Part shown: positions 18,722 to 27,359 of the stretch, piece after piece
Position numbering within the stretch: position 1 is the stretch's first letter
Layout of the letters: each line of letters starts with the position of its first letter
Assembly (NCBI RefSeq): GCF_051097895.1
Contig: NZ_CP142525.1
Coordinates: 1,320,001 to 1,352,000, forward strand
Length of the DNA stretch: 32,000 bases
Origin: Psychrobacter sp. HD31
GTDB lineage: Bacteria; Pseudomonadota; Gammaproteobacteria; Pseudomonadales; Moraxellaceae
Reading direction: 5' to 3'
Program-made: the position numbers and the translations under genes
The notes under the pieces: model-generated
Seen by the model: the letters and a program-made list of their open reading frames with translations, nothing else
Told to the model about the DNA's origin: nothing
The model's database searches: none

Positions 18722-18937
18722 ATGTTCCACGAATATCGTGATTTAATGGCAGAGCTAAAACATTCAGACGCACATTTTGCTAAATTATTTGATGAGCATA
18801 ACGAACTTGACGAAAAAATCACCAACCTAGAAAAAGACCCTATCGCTTCTCATCGCCATGACGAAATAGATGAACTAAAAAAACAAAAACTACATTTAAA
18901 AGATGAAATTGGCAAAATTTTAGAAAGTAAAAAGTAA
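18722..18937 (+). CDS. ydcH: YdcH/DUF465 family protein
   Basis: 71 aa. MFHEYRDLMAELKHSDAHFAKLFDEHNELDEKI...KKQKLHLKDEI is collinear with E. coli YdcH as I recall it. Confidence 0.85.
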   Translation: MFHEYRDLMAELKHSDAHFAKLFDEHNELDEKITNLEKDPIASHRHDEIDELKKQKLHLKDEIGKILESKK

Positions 18938-18956
18938 AGTAAAAAATAATGTCATT

Positions 18957-18988
18957 AAAAAAACACCTCATATCTGAGGTGTTTTTTT
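18957..18988. terminator. bidirectional rho-independent terminator between convergent ydcH and ppnP
   Basis: AAAAAAACACCTCA / TGAGGTGTTTTTTT with loop TATC. Confidence 0.8.
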
Positions 18989-19015
18989 ATGTATGTAAAC
19001 CTAATAAATACGGTT

Positions 19016-19303
19016 TTATTTGTCTTCGTATGTACATAAGTATGCTGTTTCTACAGCCACTTTAACATTAAATTTTGTGTTAGCTTCAACGGTAAAAGTT
19101 TCGCCTGCTACAAAATCTTGCCATTCATCACTTTCTGGCAATTTAACAGTTAATGCACCGCTTACCACCGTCATGGTTTCAAACTGGCTCGTGCCAAACT
19201 CATATTCGCCAATTTGCATCACTCCCACCGTTGCAGGTAAAGTTGCTGTTTTGAATCCAATCGAAGCAACGGCACCATCAAAATATTCATTAACTTTTAA
19301 CAT
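19016..19303 (-). CDS. ppnP: pyrimidine/purine nucleoside phosphorylase PpnP (DUF1255/YaiE)
   Basis: 95 aa. [17 protein letters not shown]...GEYEFGT...MTVVSGAL...YLC is collinear with E. coli PpnP. AAGGA RBS. Confidence 0.88.
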   Translation of the reverse strand: MLKVNEYFDGAVASIGFKTATLPATVGVMQIGEYEFGTSQFETMTVVSGALTVKLPESDEWQDFVAGETFTVEANTKFNVKVAVETAYLCTYEDK

Positions 19304-19448
19304 TGTTTATCCTTATTGAATCTATAAAAGAGCTGTTATCATAGCCTATAATATAAAAAACCGTAACCCATATTTTACAAACAATGATAGATATGCATAC
19401 CCGTTTGGGTTAAGATAATTCCATCATTTTGATACGTGAGAGAATATT

Positions 19449-20513
19449 GTGAAGCAAGCAAGCAACCATCAACAATCAAACAAAAACATAAATAACGAAT
19501 TTGATTATCTAATTTTTATTGGGCGTTTTCAGCCATTTCATTTAGGGCACAAGTCGGTGATTGATGCTGCACTTAAGCAAGCTAAAAATGTCATCATGCT
19601 GATTGGATCAGCAAACTTACCACGCAGCTTACGTAACCCCTTTACAGTAGAAGAACGCACCGCCATGATTAAAGGCAGCTATGATGAGCAAACTGCCAAA
19701 CGCATCCACTGTGTGGGGTTAGATGATGCTTTATACAACGACACAAAATGGCTGCAATACGTACAAGCGGGTGTAAAGTCTGTCACTGGGGATATCAGCA
19801 ACACCCAAGTAAAAATTGGTTTAATCGGTCACTCAAAAGACAGCTCATCCTATTATTTATCGCTTTTCCCCAATTGGCAGTCTGTTTCGGTACCAAACTA
19901 TCATAACCTTTCTGCCACCCCAATCCGTGATGGTTATTTAATCGGCGCAACCCCCACTAGCGACCGTATTACGGCTGCCTCACAAAAAATATTAGATAAC
20001 TTTAAAAAAACCAGTGCATACAACCAGCTGCATGAAGAAGCTTGGTTTATCGATAAATATAAAAAACAATGGGAAGACTCGCCCTACCCACCCACTTTTA
20101 TGACCGCAGATGCCTTGGTCATCCAGTCTGGACACATTTTGTTAGTAGAACGCCGTAGCATGCCAGGTAAAGGGCTTTGGGCATTGCCAGGTGGCTTTTT
20201 AGACCCGAAAGAAACCTTGCTAGATGCTTGCATACGAGAGCTAAGAGAAGAAACTCGACTCAAAGTACCAGAGCCAGTACTACGAGGTTCACGCCATAGT
20301 CAACACACTTTTGATGATCCCTACCGTTCGGCACGTGGACGTACTATTACTCAGGTATTTTATTTCCAACTAAAAAATGATGCCAACGGGCTACCAAAAG
20401 TGAAAGGTGGCGATGATGCGGCTAAAGCATTTTGGTTACCCCTTGCAGAGCTAGACAGCAAAAAAATGTTTGAAGACCATTACGCCATTATTTGTAAAAT
20501 GGTTGGGTTGTAA
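19449..20513 (+). CDS. nadM: bifunctional NMN adenylyltransferase / Nudix (ADP-ribose) pyrophosphatase
   Basis: 354 aa. N-terminal nucleotidyltransferase FIGRFQPFHLGH. C-terminal Nudix box GGFLDPKETLLDACIRELREETRL. GTG start. Confidence 0.85.
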   Translation: MKQASNHQQSNKNINNEFDYLIFIGRFQPFHLGHKSVIDAALKQAKNVIMLIGSANLPRSLRNPFTVEERTAMIKGSYDEQTAKRIHCVGLDDALYNDTKWLQYVQAGVKSVTGDISNTQVKIGLIGHSKDSSSYYLSLFPNWQSVSVPNYHNLSATPIRDGYLIGATPTSDRITAASQKILDNFKKTSAYNQLHEEAWFIDKYKKQWEDSPYPPTFMTADALVIQSGHILLVERRSMPGKGLWALPGGFLDPKETLLDACIRELREETRLKVPEPVLRGSRHSQHTFDDPYRSARGRTITQVFYFQLKNDANGLPKVKGGDDAAKAFWLPLAELDSKKMFEDHYAIICKMVGL

Positions 20514-20575
20514 ATAGCACTAAAAAACTACATGCATCATCATAAATAACGACTAGAATTATAAGGACTTAACCT

Positions 20576-21982
20576 ATGTTTACCAATAACATACACAACC
20601 TGATTTTAAATGCCGATAGCTATAAAGCATCACATTGGGTACAGTACCCACCCAATACAGAATATATGTCTAGCTATATTGAAGCACGTCGGGGTGACTA
20701 CCCTGTGGTATTTTTTGGGCTGCAAGCATTTATTAAAGAATATTTGAGCAAACCAATTACCCTACAAGACATTGACGAAGCAGGCGCTGTGATAACCGCA
20801 CATGGTTTGCCATTTAATCGTGAAGGGTGGGAAAACATCGTCAACAAACACGGTGGGTTTTTGCCAATTCGTATTCAGGCTGTCCCTGAAGGCAGTATTG
20901 TTCCGGTTAGCAATGTTGTGTGCCAAGTCGTTAACACCGACCCAGAATTTTTTTGGCTACCAAGCTACATAGAAACCGCTTTATTACGTGGCATTTGGTA
21001 TCCATCTACCGTGGCAAGCCTATCAAAATATTGTAAAAACATCATTACTAAGGCTATGGAAAAGTCAGCCGACAGCTTAGAAGGCTTACCATTTAAACTT
21101 CACGACTTTGGTGCAAGAGGCGCCTCTAGCATGGAAACCGTTGCGTTAGGTAGCCTTGCTCACCTCGTAAACTTTGTGGGGACAGATGGCATGAGTGCGT
21201 TAGCAGGTGCAAGCCGTTGGTATGGTATGACTGATGACATGCCAGCATTTTCGATCCCTGCCGCTGAGCACAGCACAATGACCTCATGGGGACGTGATGG
21301 CGAACTAGACGCTTACGAAAATATGCTTAAACAGTTTGGTGGTGACGGCAAAATAGTAGCCGTGGTATCCGACAGCTATGATTTATGGAACGCCATTGAC
21401 AACATTTGGGGCAATAAACTTAAAAATCAGGTCGAAAAAACTGGCGGCACTTTGGTTATCCGCCCAGACAGTGGCGACCCTGCTAAAGTGGTGCGTGAAG
21501 CCTTAGAACGTCTTGCGGCCAAGTTTGGGACAACCACCAACAGCAAAGGTTATAAAATTTTGCCAGATTATGTACGACTCATTCAAGGCGATGGCATTAA
21601 CGCCGCCAGCATTGATAAAATTTTAAATACCATTATGCAAGCTGGTTACAGTGCCGACAACCTAACTTTTGGCATGGGTGGCGGTTTATTACAGCAAGTC
21701 AACAGAGATACGATGAGCTGGGCAATGAAAGCCAGTGCCATATACAAAGACGGCGCAGAAGGTAAAAAGTGGTATGACGTATTTAAAGACCCAATTACCA
21801 GCCGTTCTAAACGTTCTAAAAAAGGTCGCTTAGCTTTGGTAGAAGTAGACGGCAACCTAAAAACCATACGCGAGACTGAATTAGCAGATGGACAAATTAA
21901 CTTATTAAGAGATGTGTATGTTGATGGCAAGTTATTGATTGATGAAAAACTAACGGAAATCCGTGAGCGTGCTGGTTGGTGA
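20576..21982 (+). CDS. nadV: nicotinamide phosphoribosyltransferase
   Basis: 468 aa. NADSYKASHW N-terminus, HDFGARG, AAEHST, IRPDSGDP and GMGGGLLQ motifs of the NAMPT/NadV family. Follows nadM by 62 nt. Confidence 0.9.
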   Translation: MFTNNIHNLILNADSYKASHWVQYPPNTEYMSSYIEARRGDYPVVFFGLQAFIKEYLSKPITLQDIDEAGAVITAHGLPFNREGWENIVNKHGGFLPIRIQAVPEGSIVPVSNVVCQVVNTDPEFFWLPSYIETALLRGIWYPSTVASLSKYCKNIITKAMEKSADSLEGLPFKLHDFGARGASSMETVALGSLAHLVNFVGTDGMSALAGASRWYGMTDDMPAFSIPAAEHSTMTSWGRDGELDAYENMLKQFGGDGKIVAVVSDSYDLWNAIDNIWGNKLKNQVEKTGGTLVIRPDSGDPAKVVREALERLAAKFGTTTNSKGYKILPDYVRLIQGDGINAASIDKILNTIMQAGYSADNLTFGMGGGLLQQVNRDTMSWAMKASAIYKDGAEGKKWYDVFKDPITSRSKRSKKGRLALVEVDGNLKTIRETELADGQINLLRDVYVDGKLLIDEKLTEIRERAGW

Positions 21983-22085
21983 TTTGCTAATTAGCTAGCT
22001 AACCCCAGTCAACCACGCTAACTAACCAATGAAACGATAAACCCAAAACTGATTAGCAATATCAATATACAAAAAAGGTAACCGC

Positions 22086-22901
22086 ATGATAACCAAACCA
22101 AAGCATTTGTTATTTGCCCCTTTATTGTGGCAACAGGGCAAACGTGTTAAAAGAGATACCCCAAGCTTACCGGAACCCACAGGTGACAGGCATGGTATGG
22201 TTGCTTTATCAAAAACAAATGATAAACAAGCTAAGCACAACGTTTATCGTTTAATGATTGTTGGTGACTCATCCGCTGCAGGTGTGGGCGTAGAAACGCA
22301 AGAACAAGCATTAGCCCACCAGCTTGTTAAAAACTTTAAGCAACAACCACAGTTTTGCCAAAGCTATACCCATATTGACTGGCAACTGCATGCCACCACT
22401 GGACACACAAGTTTTGACGTTTTAAGACGATTGTATGTCCTTGCCCCTTCACCTAAACCAATTGATTTAATGATTATTGTGGTTGGTGTCAACGATACCA
22501 CCTCAATGCTTTCTTTGGATAACTGGAAAGCCAATATTGAAGAAATTATTACAGTTGCCCAGCTAAAGCACAGCCCAAAAAACATCATTTTTTCGGCACT
22601 ACCGCCAATTAGGCACTTCCCTGCTTTACCAGTGCCATTAAACGGATTAATTGGGGATAAGGCTGAACAGCTGGACACTGCCTTAGCAGAAATTTGTGAT
22701 GGTTTTAACCATATTCACTACACCAGCTTTAGTTTGCCTTTTGACTTAGCCAAACGCCAATTTACATTTAGCTCAGGCAAAAAAGCAAATAGCAATGATG
22801 CCCATATCGCTAAATACTTTGCTATTGATGGGTTTCATCCAAGTGATTTAACCTACCAATATTGGGCAGAACAACTAACTGAGGTCATTATTAAGCTTTA
22901 A
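22086..22901 (+). CDS. SGNH/GDSL-type hydrolase family protein
   Basis: Block I MIVGDSSAAGVG (GDS), block III VGVND, block V DGFHPS (DxxH). Confidence 0.75.
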   Translation: MITKPKHLLFAPLLWQQGKRVKRDTPSLPEPTGDRHGMVALSKTNDKQAKHNVYRLMIVGDSSAAGVGVETQEQALAHQLVKNFKQQPQFCQSYTHIDWQLHATTGHTSFDVLRRLYVLAPSPKPIDLMIIVVGVNDTTSMLSLDNWKANIEEIITVAQLKHSPKNIIFSALPPIRHFPALPVPLNGLIGDKAEQLDTALAEICDGFNHIHYTSFSLPFDLAKRQFTFSSGKKANSNDAHIAKYFAIDGFHPSDLTYQYWAEQLTEVIIKL

Positions 22902-22981
22902 TATTGACCTTTAACAAAATAGATTACCGTAGCATCTAAAAATATTGGGGTATGGTGTTCACCCTACCTAATAGTGCCACA

Positions 22982-23017
22982 ATAAAAAACCACCAAGCCT
23001 TTCGACTTGATGGTTTC
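22982..23017 (-). terminator. rho-independent terminator of rpmE2
   Basis: On the minus strand: AAACCATCAAG-TCGAAAGG-CTTGGTGGTTT (one U-G pair) followed by TTTTTTATT. Confidence 0.75.
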
Positions 23018-23052
23018 TCAATTGACTGTTACTGTCAATCAAACGTAATAAA

Positions 23053-23331
23053 TTACTCGCTATCAGCAGCTTTTTTACCACGACGACCAAAAGCACCGCC
23101 AAAACGCTTGTTAAAGCTAGCAACACGACCTTCGTTAGAAGCTTTACGCTGAGCGCCTGTGTAGAATGGGTGTGATGCACTAGAAATATCTAACGCAACA
23201 TATGGGTATTCTTGACCTTCGTATTCACGAGTGGTTTTACTGTTAATCGTAGAACGAGTTAAAAAGTAAACATCAGCATTGGTATCGTGGAACAAAACTT
23301 CACGGTATTCTGGGTGGATATCTTTACGCAT
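23053..23331 (-). CDS. rpmE2: 50S ribosomal protein L31 type B (cysteine-less paralogue)
   Basis: [29 protein letters not shown]...[18 protein letters not shown]...RFG is collinear with E. coli YkgM, and no CxxC zinc motif is present. Start taken at the ATG at 23331, not the ORF-track 23349. Confidence 0.9.
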   Translation of the reverse strand: MRKDIHPEYREVLFHDTNADVYFLTRSTINSKTTREYEGQEYPYVALDISSASHPFYTGAQRKASNEGRVASFNKRFGGAFGRRGKKAADSE

Positions 23332-23464
23332 AGTAAATCTCTTTTCCAATTAACTAGGGCACTAAGGGCATAAAAAGGTTAGCAGTTAAATCACTGGCTT
23401 ATTCCAGCATTTAATACCAACGCTAAACTCACTTAGCCTTCCCAAGTGGGATTAAGTTTAAGCT

Positions 23465-23484
23465 TGTATGATGCATTACATACA
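23465..23484. promoter_or_regulatory. inverted repeat TGTATG-N8-CATACA upstream of rpmE2
   Basis: Seen directly, with an internal ATGCAT palindrome. About 135-150 nt upstream of the rpmE2 ATG. Possible operator; does not match the Zur-box consensus as I remember it. Confidence 0.25.
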
Positions 23485-23530
23485 AAAATAGACCGCATAT
23501 TTTACAATTATTTAACACTAGCCGCAAGGG

Positions 23531-24205
23531 TTAAATTTTATCCACACAAAAATCATCTTTAATAAACACCACCCCTTGCAGTGCTTCAATTGCTTCTTCC
23601 ACATTGTCGCAAACCAGCAGCCTTTCTACATCTTTATCACTAATAAAGCCTTCATCAACACTAAAGCGTAGATGCTCAATTAACCGATTATAATAGCCAT
23701 TAATGTTTAAAATTATCATGGGTTTTTGATGCTGGAAAAGCTGTCTCCATGTCGCAACTTCCATAATTTCTTCTAATGTGCCAAGCCCACCTGGTAGCGT
23801 GATAAAGGCATCGGCATATTCTGCCATGATTGCTTTTCTAGTGTGCATGGTGTCAGTTAAATGCAGCTTAGTTAAGTTTTTATGGGCAACTTCTCTTTGC
23901 AACATAAACGACGGGATAACCCCAACTGCCTGTGCCCCTGCTTGCACTGCTGAATCAGCAACTGCGCCCATAAGTCCGATGCTGGCACCACCGTAAACCA
24001 ATCCCAAGCCATTTTGCGCTAAAGCTTGCCCTAAGTTTTTAGCCGTTTCTTCATAAATTGGGTTTGTACCCATGCGTGAGCCACAATAAACAGCAACCAA
24101 AGGCATGGTTATGTCTTTTTTATCAACAACTTGATGAATATCTTGCATGTGCTGTGCGGTAATTACTTCTGGATTGATGGTCGTTTTTTGAGTCGAATCT
24201 GTCAT
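23531..24205 (-). CDS. LOG family protein (TIGR00730; nucleotide 5'-monophosphate phosphoribohydrolase-like)
   Basis: VAVYCGS, LVYGGASIGLMG, PGGLGTLEE signature. AAGGT RBS at the full-length start. Confidence 0.85.
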   Translation of the reverse strand: MTDSTQKTTINPEVITAQHMQDIHQVVDKKDITMPLVAVYCGSRMGTNPIYEETAKNLGQALAQNGLGLVYGGASIGLMGAVADSAVQAGAQAVGVIPSFMLQREVAHKNLTKLHLTDTMHTRKAIMAEYADAFITLPGGLGTLEEIMEVATWRQLFQHQKPMIILNINGYYNRLIEHLRFSVDEGFISDKDVERLLVCDNVEEAIEALQGVVFIKDDFCVDKI

Positions 24206-24477
24206 ATGCTTACCTTTTTACTTCTATGGTCATTGCTATTGCTTTTATATCATTATTACTTACCTATCTTACTTTATTTTTATGACAAAAATAACAATAA
24301 TTCGCCTTTTAGTTATTCAATGGCAACCACTCTAAAAAGAACATTATAAGACTATACAGTCATCATAACTAATAGTTGGCTGTGGCTTTTTTTGTTACTT
24401 TAGGGTTTTATTTTACAATTTAAATTACAATCGCTTAAATAAGAAACGCCTAAACAAAAGCAAGCAAAGGACTGCAC

Positions 24478-25365
24478 ATGACTAATAACACCTTTACCTC
24501 TAAAGACATCTCCCTTGAAACTGAAAGAAAAGCAACACTGAGAGCAACTTTATTTACTCCAAATGATAAAAAAGTAACACAAGCCATTTTAATTGCCCCC
24601 GCAACTGGCATAAAACGCACTTTTTACAAACATTTTGCCCGCTACCTTGCTAGCCACGGCTTTGGCGTTATTAGCTTTGATAACGAGGGCATTGGTAACT
24701 CAAAACAATATAAAGGGGCTGCCGGTGTTAAAAAATGTGATGCCTCGTTAGTAAGTTGGGGGCAGTTTGATATGCCAGCAGTATTAACTCAGCTAAAAAA
24801 TACGTTTCCAGAAGCAAAGTATCATTTAATTGGGCACAGTGCTGGTGGTCAGTTATTTGGACTGATGCACAACCATGGTGATTTAACCTCGGTGTTTAAT
24901 GTCGCCTGTTCTTCTGGGCAAATTGCCAATATGCAGTTATCCCATAAGCTTAAAGCCATATGGTTTATGGACTTTTTTATCCCTACCAGCAATTTAGCTT
25001 TTGGTTATGCCAAAAACAACGCCGTTGGCATGGGGGAACCCTTACCAAAGCTGGTTGCCAAGCAATGGCGTGACTGGTGCAACGGATCTGGCTATGTAAA
25101 AATGGCATTTGGCAAAGAAGTAAAAGAACATCATTATGATGAAATTACTTTGCCAAGCCTATGGATTAATGCACCCGATGACTACATTGCAAACGATGCA
25201 AACGTTGCAGATATGTTGAGGGTTTTTCCTAACATTAATGCCACAACCAAAACCCTTATCCCCAGTGATTATGGTTTAAAAGAAATTGGACACATGAAGT
25301 TTTTTAGCCGTCAGTCAGAAGTGTTATGGGATATGGCGGTTGACTGGATAAATGCGCATGCTTAA
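24478..25365 (+). CDS. alpha/beta hydrolase fold protein
   Basis: 295 aa. Nucleophile elbow GHSAGG, a late Asp (NAPDDY) and His (IGHMKFF) consistent with a Ser-Asp-His triad. AAGGA RBS. Confidence 0.7.
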   Translation: MTNNTFTSKDISLETERKATLRATLFTPNDKKVTQAILIAPATGIKRTFYKHFARYLASHGFGVISFDNEGIGNSKQYKGAAGVKKCDASLVSWGQFDMPAVLTQLKNTFPEAKYHLIGHSAGGQLFGLMHNHGDLTSVFNVACSSGQIANMQLSHKLKAIWFMDFFIPTSNLAFGYAKNNAVGMGEPLPKLVAKQWRDWCNGSGYVKMAFGKEVKEHHYDEITLPSLWINAPDDYIANDANVADMLRVFPNINATTKTLIPSDYGLKEIGHMKFFSRQSEVLWDMAVDWINAHA

Positions 25366-25399
25366 CTACTTTTTTAATGCGTGTTAAAAAATATAAACT

Positions 25400-25435
25400 A
25401 AAAAACCCTCATTGATAACCAATGAGGGTTTTTTT
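25400..25435. terminator. bidirectional rho-independent terminator (hydrolase gene on +; the only terminator available to ahpC on -)
   Basis: CCCTCATT (25406-25413) / AATGAGGG (25421-25428), with A-run and T-run flanks. Confidence 0.8.
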
Positions 25436-25647
25436 AGTTAAAAGTAGCTACGTAACTGGTAACTGCCTAATCATCTTTAAACCAATCGAGAAGAATAAAG
25501 AACGATAGTCGGTTCAAAGCAAAAGTGCTACAACGAAAGCAAACAAAGGTGTACACATAGTACTCCGAGTAAGCTTAATCCATACTAAAAAGCAGTAGCA
25601 CAAATACCCATAAACACATTGTAACCTGTACTAGTAACGACTAATAA

Positions 25648-26214
25648 TTAGATTTTACCTACTAGGTCTAGGCTTGGTGTTAAAGTCTCAGCGCCTTTTT
25701 CCCAAGCTGCTGGGCAAACTTCACCGTCGTTTTCACGCACGTACTGAGCCGCTTGTACTTTACGAACCATGTCTTTAGCAGAACGACCAATGCCTAGGTC
25801 ATGGATTTCTGCAACTTTTACGATACCATCTGGGTCTGCCAAGAAAGTACCACGAAGTGCTTGACCAGCTTCTTCAATCATAACGTTAAAGCCACGAGAG
25901 ATTTTGCCAGTGGTGTCACCAAGCATTGGGTATGTTACTTTACCGATTGCTTCTGAGCTATCGTGCCATGCTTTGTGTACAAAATGTGAGTCAGTAGAAA
26001 CTGCATAAACTTCTACACCCAATTCTTTTAATTGGTCATAATGCGCAGCCATGTCTTCTAGTTCTGTTGGGCAAACAAAAGTAAAGTCTGCTGGGTAGAA
26101 TAAAAAGATTGACCATTTGCCTTTTACATCTTCGCTAGAGATGGTTTTAAACTCACCGTTTACAAAAGCTTCTGTTGTGAATTCTGGGATTTCTTGATTA
26201 ATAATTGATGCCAT
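25648..26214 (-). CDS. ahpC: peroxiredoxin, alkyl hydroperoxide reductase subunit C
   Basis: 188 aa. Peroxidatic DFTFVCPTE and resolving EVCPAAW motifs. AGGAG RBS. Confidence 0.95.
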   Translation of the reverse strand: MASIINQEIPEFTTEAFVNGEFKTISSEDVKGKWSIFLFYPADFTFVCPTELEDMAAHYDQLKELGVEVYAVSTDSHFVHKAWHDSSEAIGKVTYPMLGDTTGKISRGFNVMIEEAGQALRGTFLADPDGIVKVAEIHDLGIGRSAKDMVRKVQAAQYVRENDGEVCPAAWEKGAETLTPSLDLVGKI

Positions 26215-26441
26215 GATTAGCTCCTAAATGTATTATTGTTAATAAAGTTGTATGTTGCATACAGATAAAACAAAGTGACATTTTGCACATCACCCTACCT
26301 ACTGGTATGAGTCTAATATACTTTATTTTTACCATTAATACATTTTAAAGAATTGAATATACTGTTTTATTTTTTAAAACTTGATAAAATAGCATTATTC
26401 ATCTTCTTTTCATAAAAATTCGCTATCTTTAGGGTTTTATC

Positions 26442-27341
26442 ATGATTACTTTACGCCAATTAGAGTTTGCCCTTGCCGTTGCCAAACACCGCCATTTTAA
26501 ACGTGCTGCAGAAGAGTGTAGCATCTCTCAATCTGCATTGAGCTTGGGCATTGCCGAGTTAGAAAAACAGCTAGATACCCAAATTTTTGAGCGCAATAAC
26601 AAACAAGTATTAATCACGCCGATAGGAGAAGATATTTTATTGCGGGCACAACGTGTTTTTAGTGAAGTTAATGACTTAACCACCCGTGCGCATAGCCACC
26701 AAACCCCACTGGCGTATCCGATGGATATTGGCATTATCCCCACAATTGCACCCTATTTATTGCCTAAAGTGTTGCCGTTATTAAAAGAAAAACACCCTAA
26801 CTTCCGTATTCGAGTGGTCGAAAAACAAACAGAACGCCTGCTTGAACAAGTCCGTTTTGGGCATATTGACACAGCAATTATTGCCTTACCTTATGACATT
26901 GATGGCCTACTGGCTTTTGAATTTTGGCAAGAAGATTTTCATGCCGTGTTTGCCAAAGATGACCCACACGCTAGTTTAAAATCTATTAGTGCAGAAGAGC
27001 TCACCCAAGCGAACTTAATGTTGCTGGGCGAAGGACATTGCTTAACCGACCAAGCATTATCCGTGTGCCATTTTGATAAAAATGATATGAAATCTTGCTT
27101 TGCTGATGCCAGCCTAAACACGCTCATTCAAATGGCAATGTCTAATATGGGTACGACCCTAGTACCACAGATGGCACTAGACCAAGTTCAAAACCAATTA
27201 AAAGATATCGCCGTTGTGCCACTTGCCGAAGCAGGACCACACCGCCGTATTGCCTTTGTTACCCGCCTAAATTATGCGCGTGTAGATGAAGTCAACTTGC
27301 TAGGGCAAATTTTTAGTAGCGCACTTAAAGAGTGTACTTAA
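26442..27341 (+). CDS. oxyR: LysR-family hydrogen peroxide-sensing regulator
   Basis: N-terminal HTH LRQLEFALAVAKHRHFKRAAEECSISQSALS. GEGHCLTDQALSVC places two Cys at the spacing of E. coli OxyR C199/C208. Divergent from ahpC. Confidence 0.85.
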   Translation: MITLRQLEFALAVAKHRHFKRAAEECSISQSALSLGIAELEKQLDTQIFERNNKQVLITPIGEDILLRAQRVFSEVNDLTTRAHSHQTPLAYPMDIGIIPTIAPYLLPKVLPLLKEKHPNFRIRVVEKQTERLLEQVRFGHIDTAIIALPYDIDGLLAFEFWQEDFHAVFAKDDPHASLKSISAEELTQANLMLLGEGHCLTDQALSVCHFDKNDMKSCFADASLNTLIQMAMSNMGTTLVPQMALDQVQNQLKDIAVVPLAEAGPHRRIAFVTRLNYARVDEVNLLGQIFSSALKECT

Positions 27342-27359
27342 TTTTTATTTTAAATTTAA

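Noticed and set aside
19020-19319. 99-aa plus-strand ORF mirroring ppnP
   Set aside because: The minus-strand frame matches PpnP end to end and has an AAGGA RBS. The plus-strand frame has no family resemblance.
19369-19380. 12-mer CATATTTTACAA, present upstream of ppnP and again at 23496-23507 upstream of rpmE2 (both minus-strand genes; reads TTGTAAAATATG on their strand)
   Set aside because: It may be a shared -35 (TTGTAA) context. However, the distances to the two ATGs differ (about 70 vs about 170 nt), the downstream -10 candidates are poor, and an AT-rich 12-mer can recur by chance. Not enough for a regulon claim.
21986-22002. Overlapping palindromes GCTAATTAGC and TTAGCTAGCTAA right after the nadV stop
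   Set aside because: The stems are too short and AT-rich, and there is no U-tract. They are not a credible terminator, and no repeat copy occurs elsewhere in the window.
22952-23180. Small ORFs on both strands (66 and 70 aa) around the rpmE2 3' end
   Set aside because: They overlap the rpmE2 coding sequence and terminator hairpin, and have no RBS and no recognisable motifs.
25505-25525. GGTTCAAAG resembling a tRNA T-loop in the ahpC downstream region
   Set aside because: There are no complementary T-stem arms, no acceptor stem and no anticodon arm, so it is not a tRNA or tmRNA fragment.
26389-26426. Possible OxyR operator (ATAG...ATAA-N7-CTAT) next to oxyR, and CTAT/ATAG clusters upstream of ahpF (18463-18507, including TCTAT-N5-ATAGA)
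   Set aside because: Only one half-site approximates ATAG-N7-CTAT, and the inter-half spacing is off by one from the E. coli consensus. The ahpF elements have the wrong spacing. Too degenerate to call without a lineage-specific matrix or footprint.
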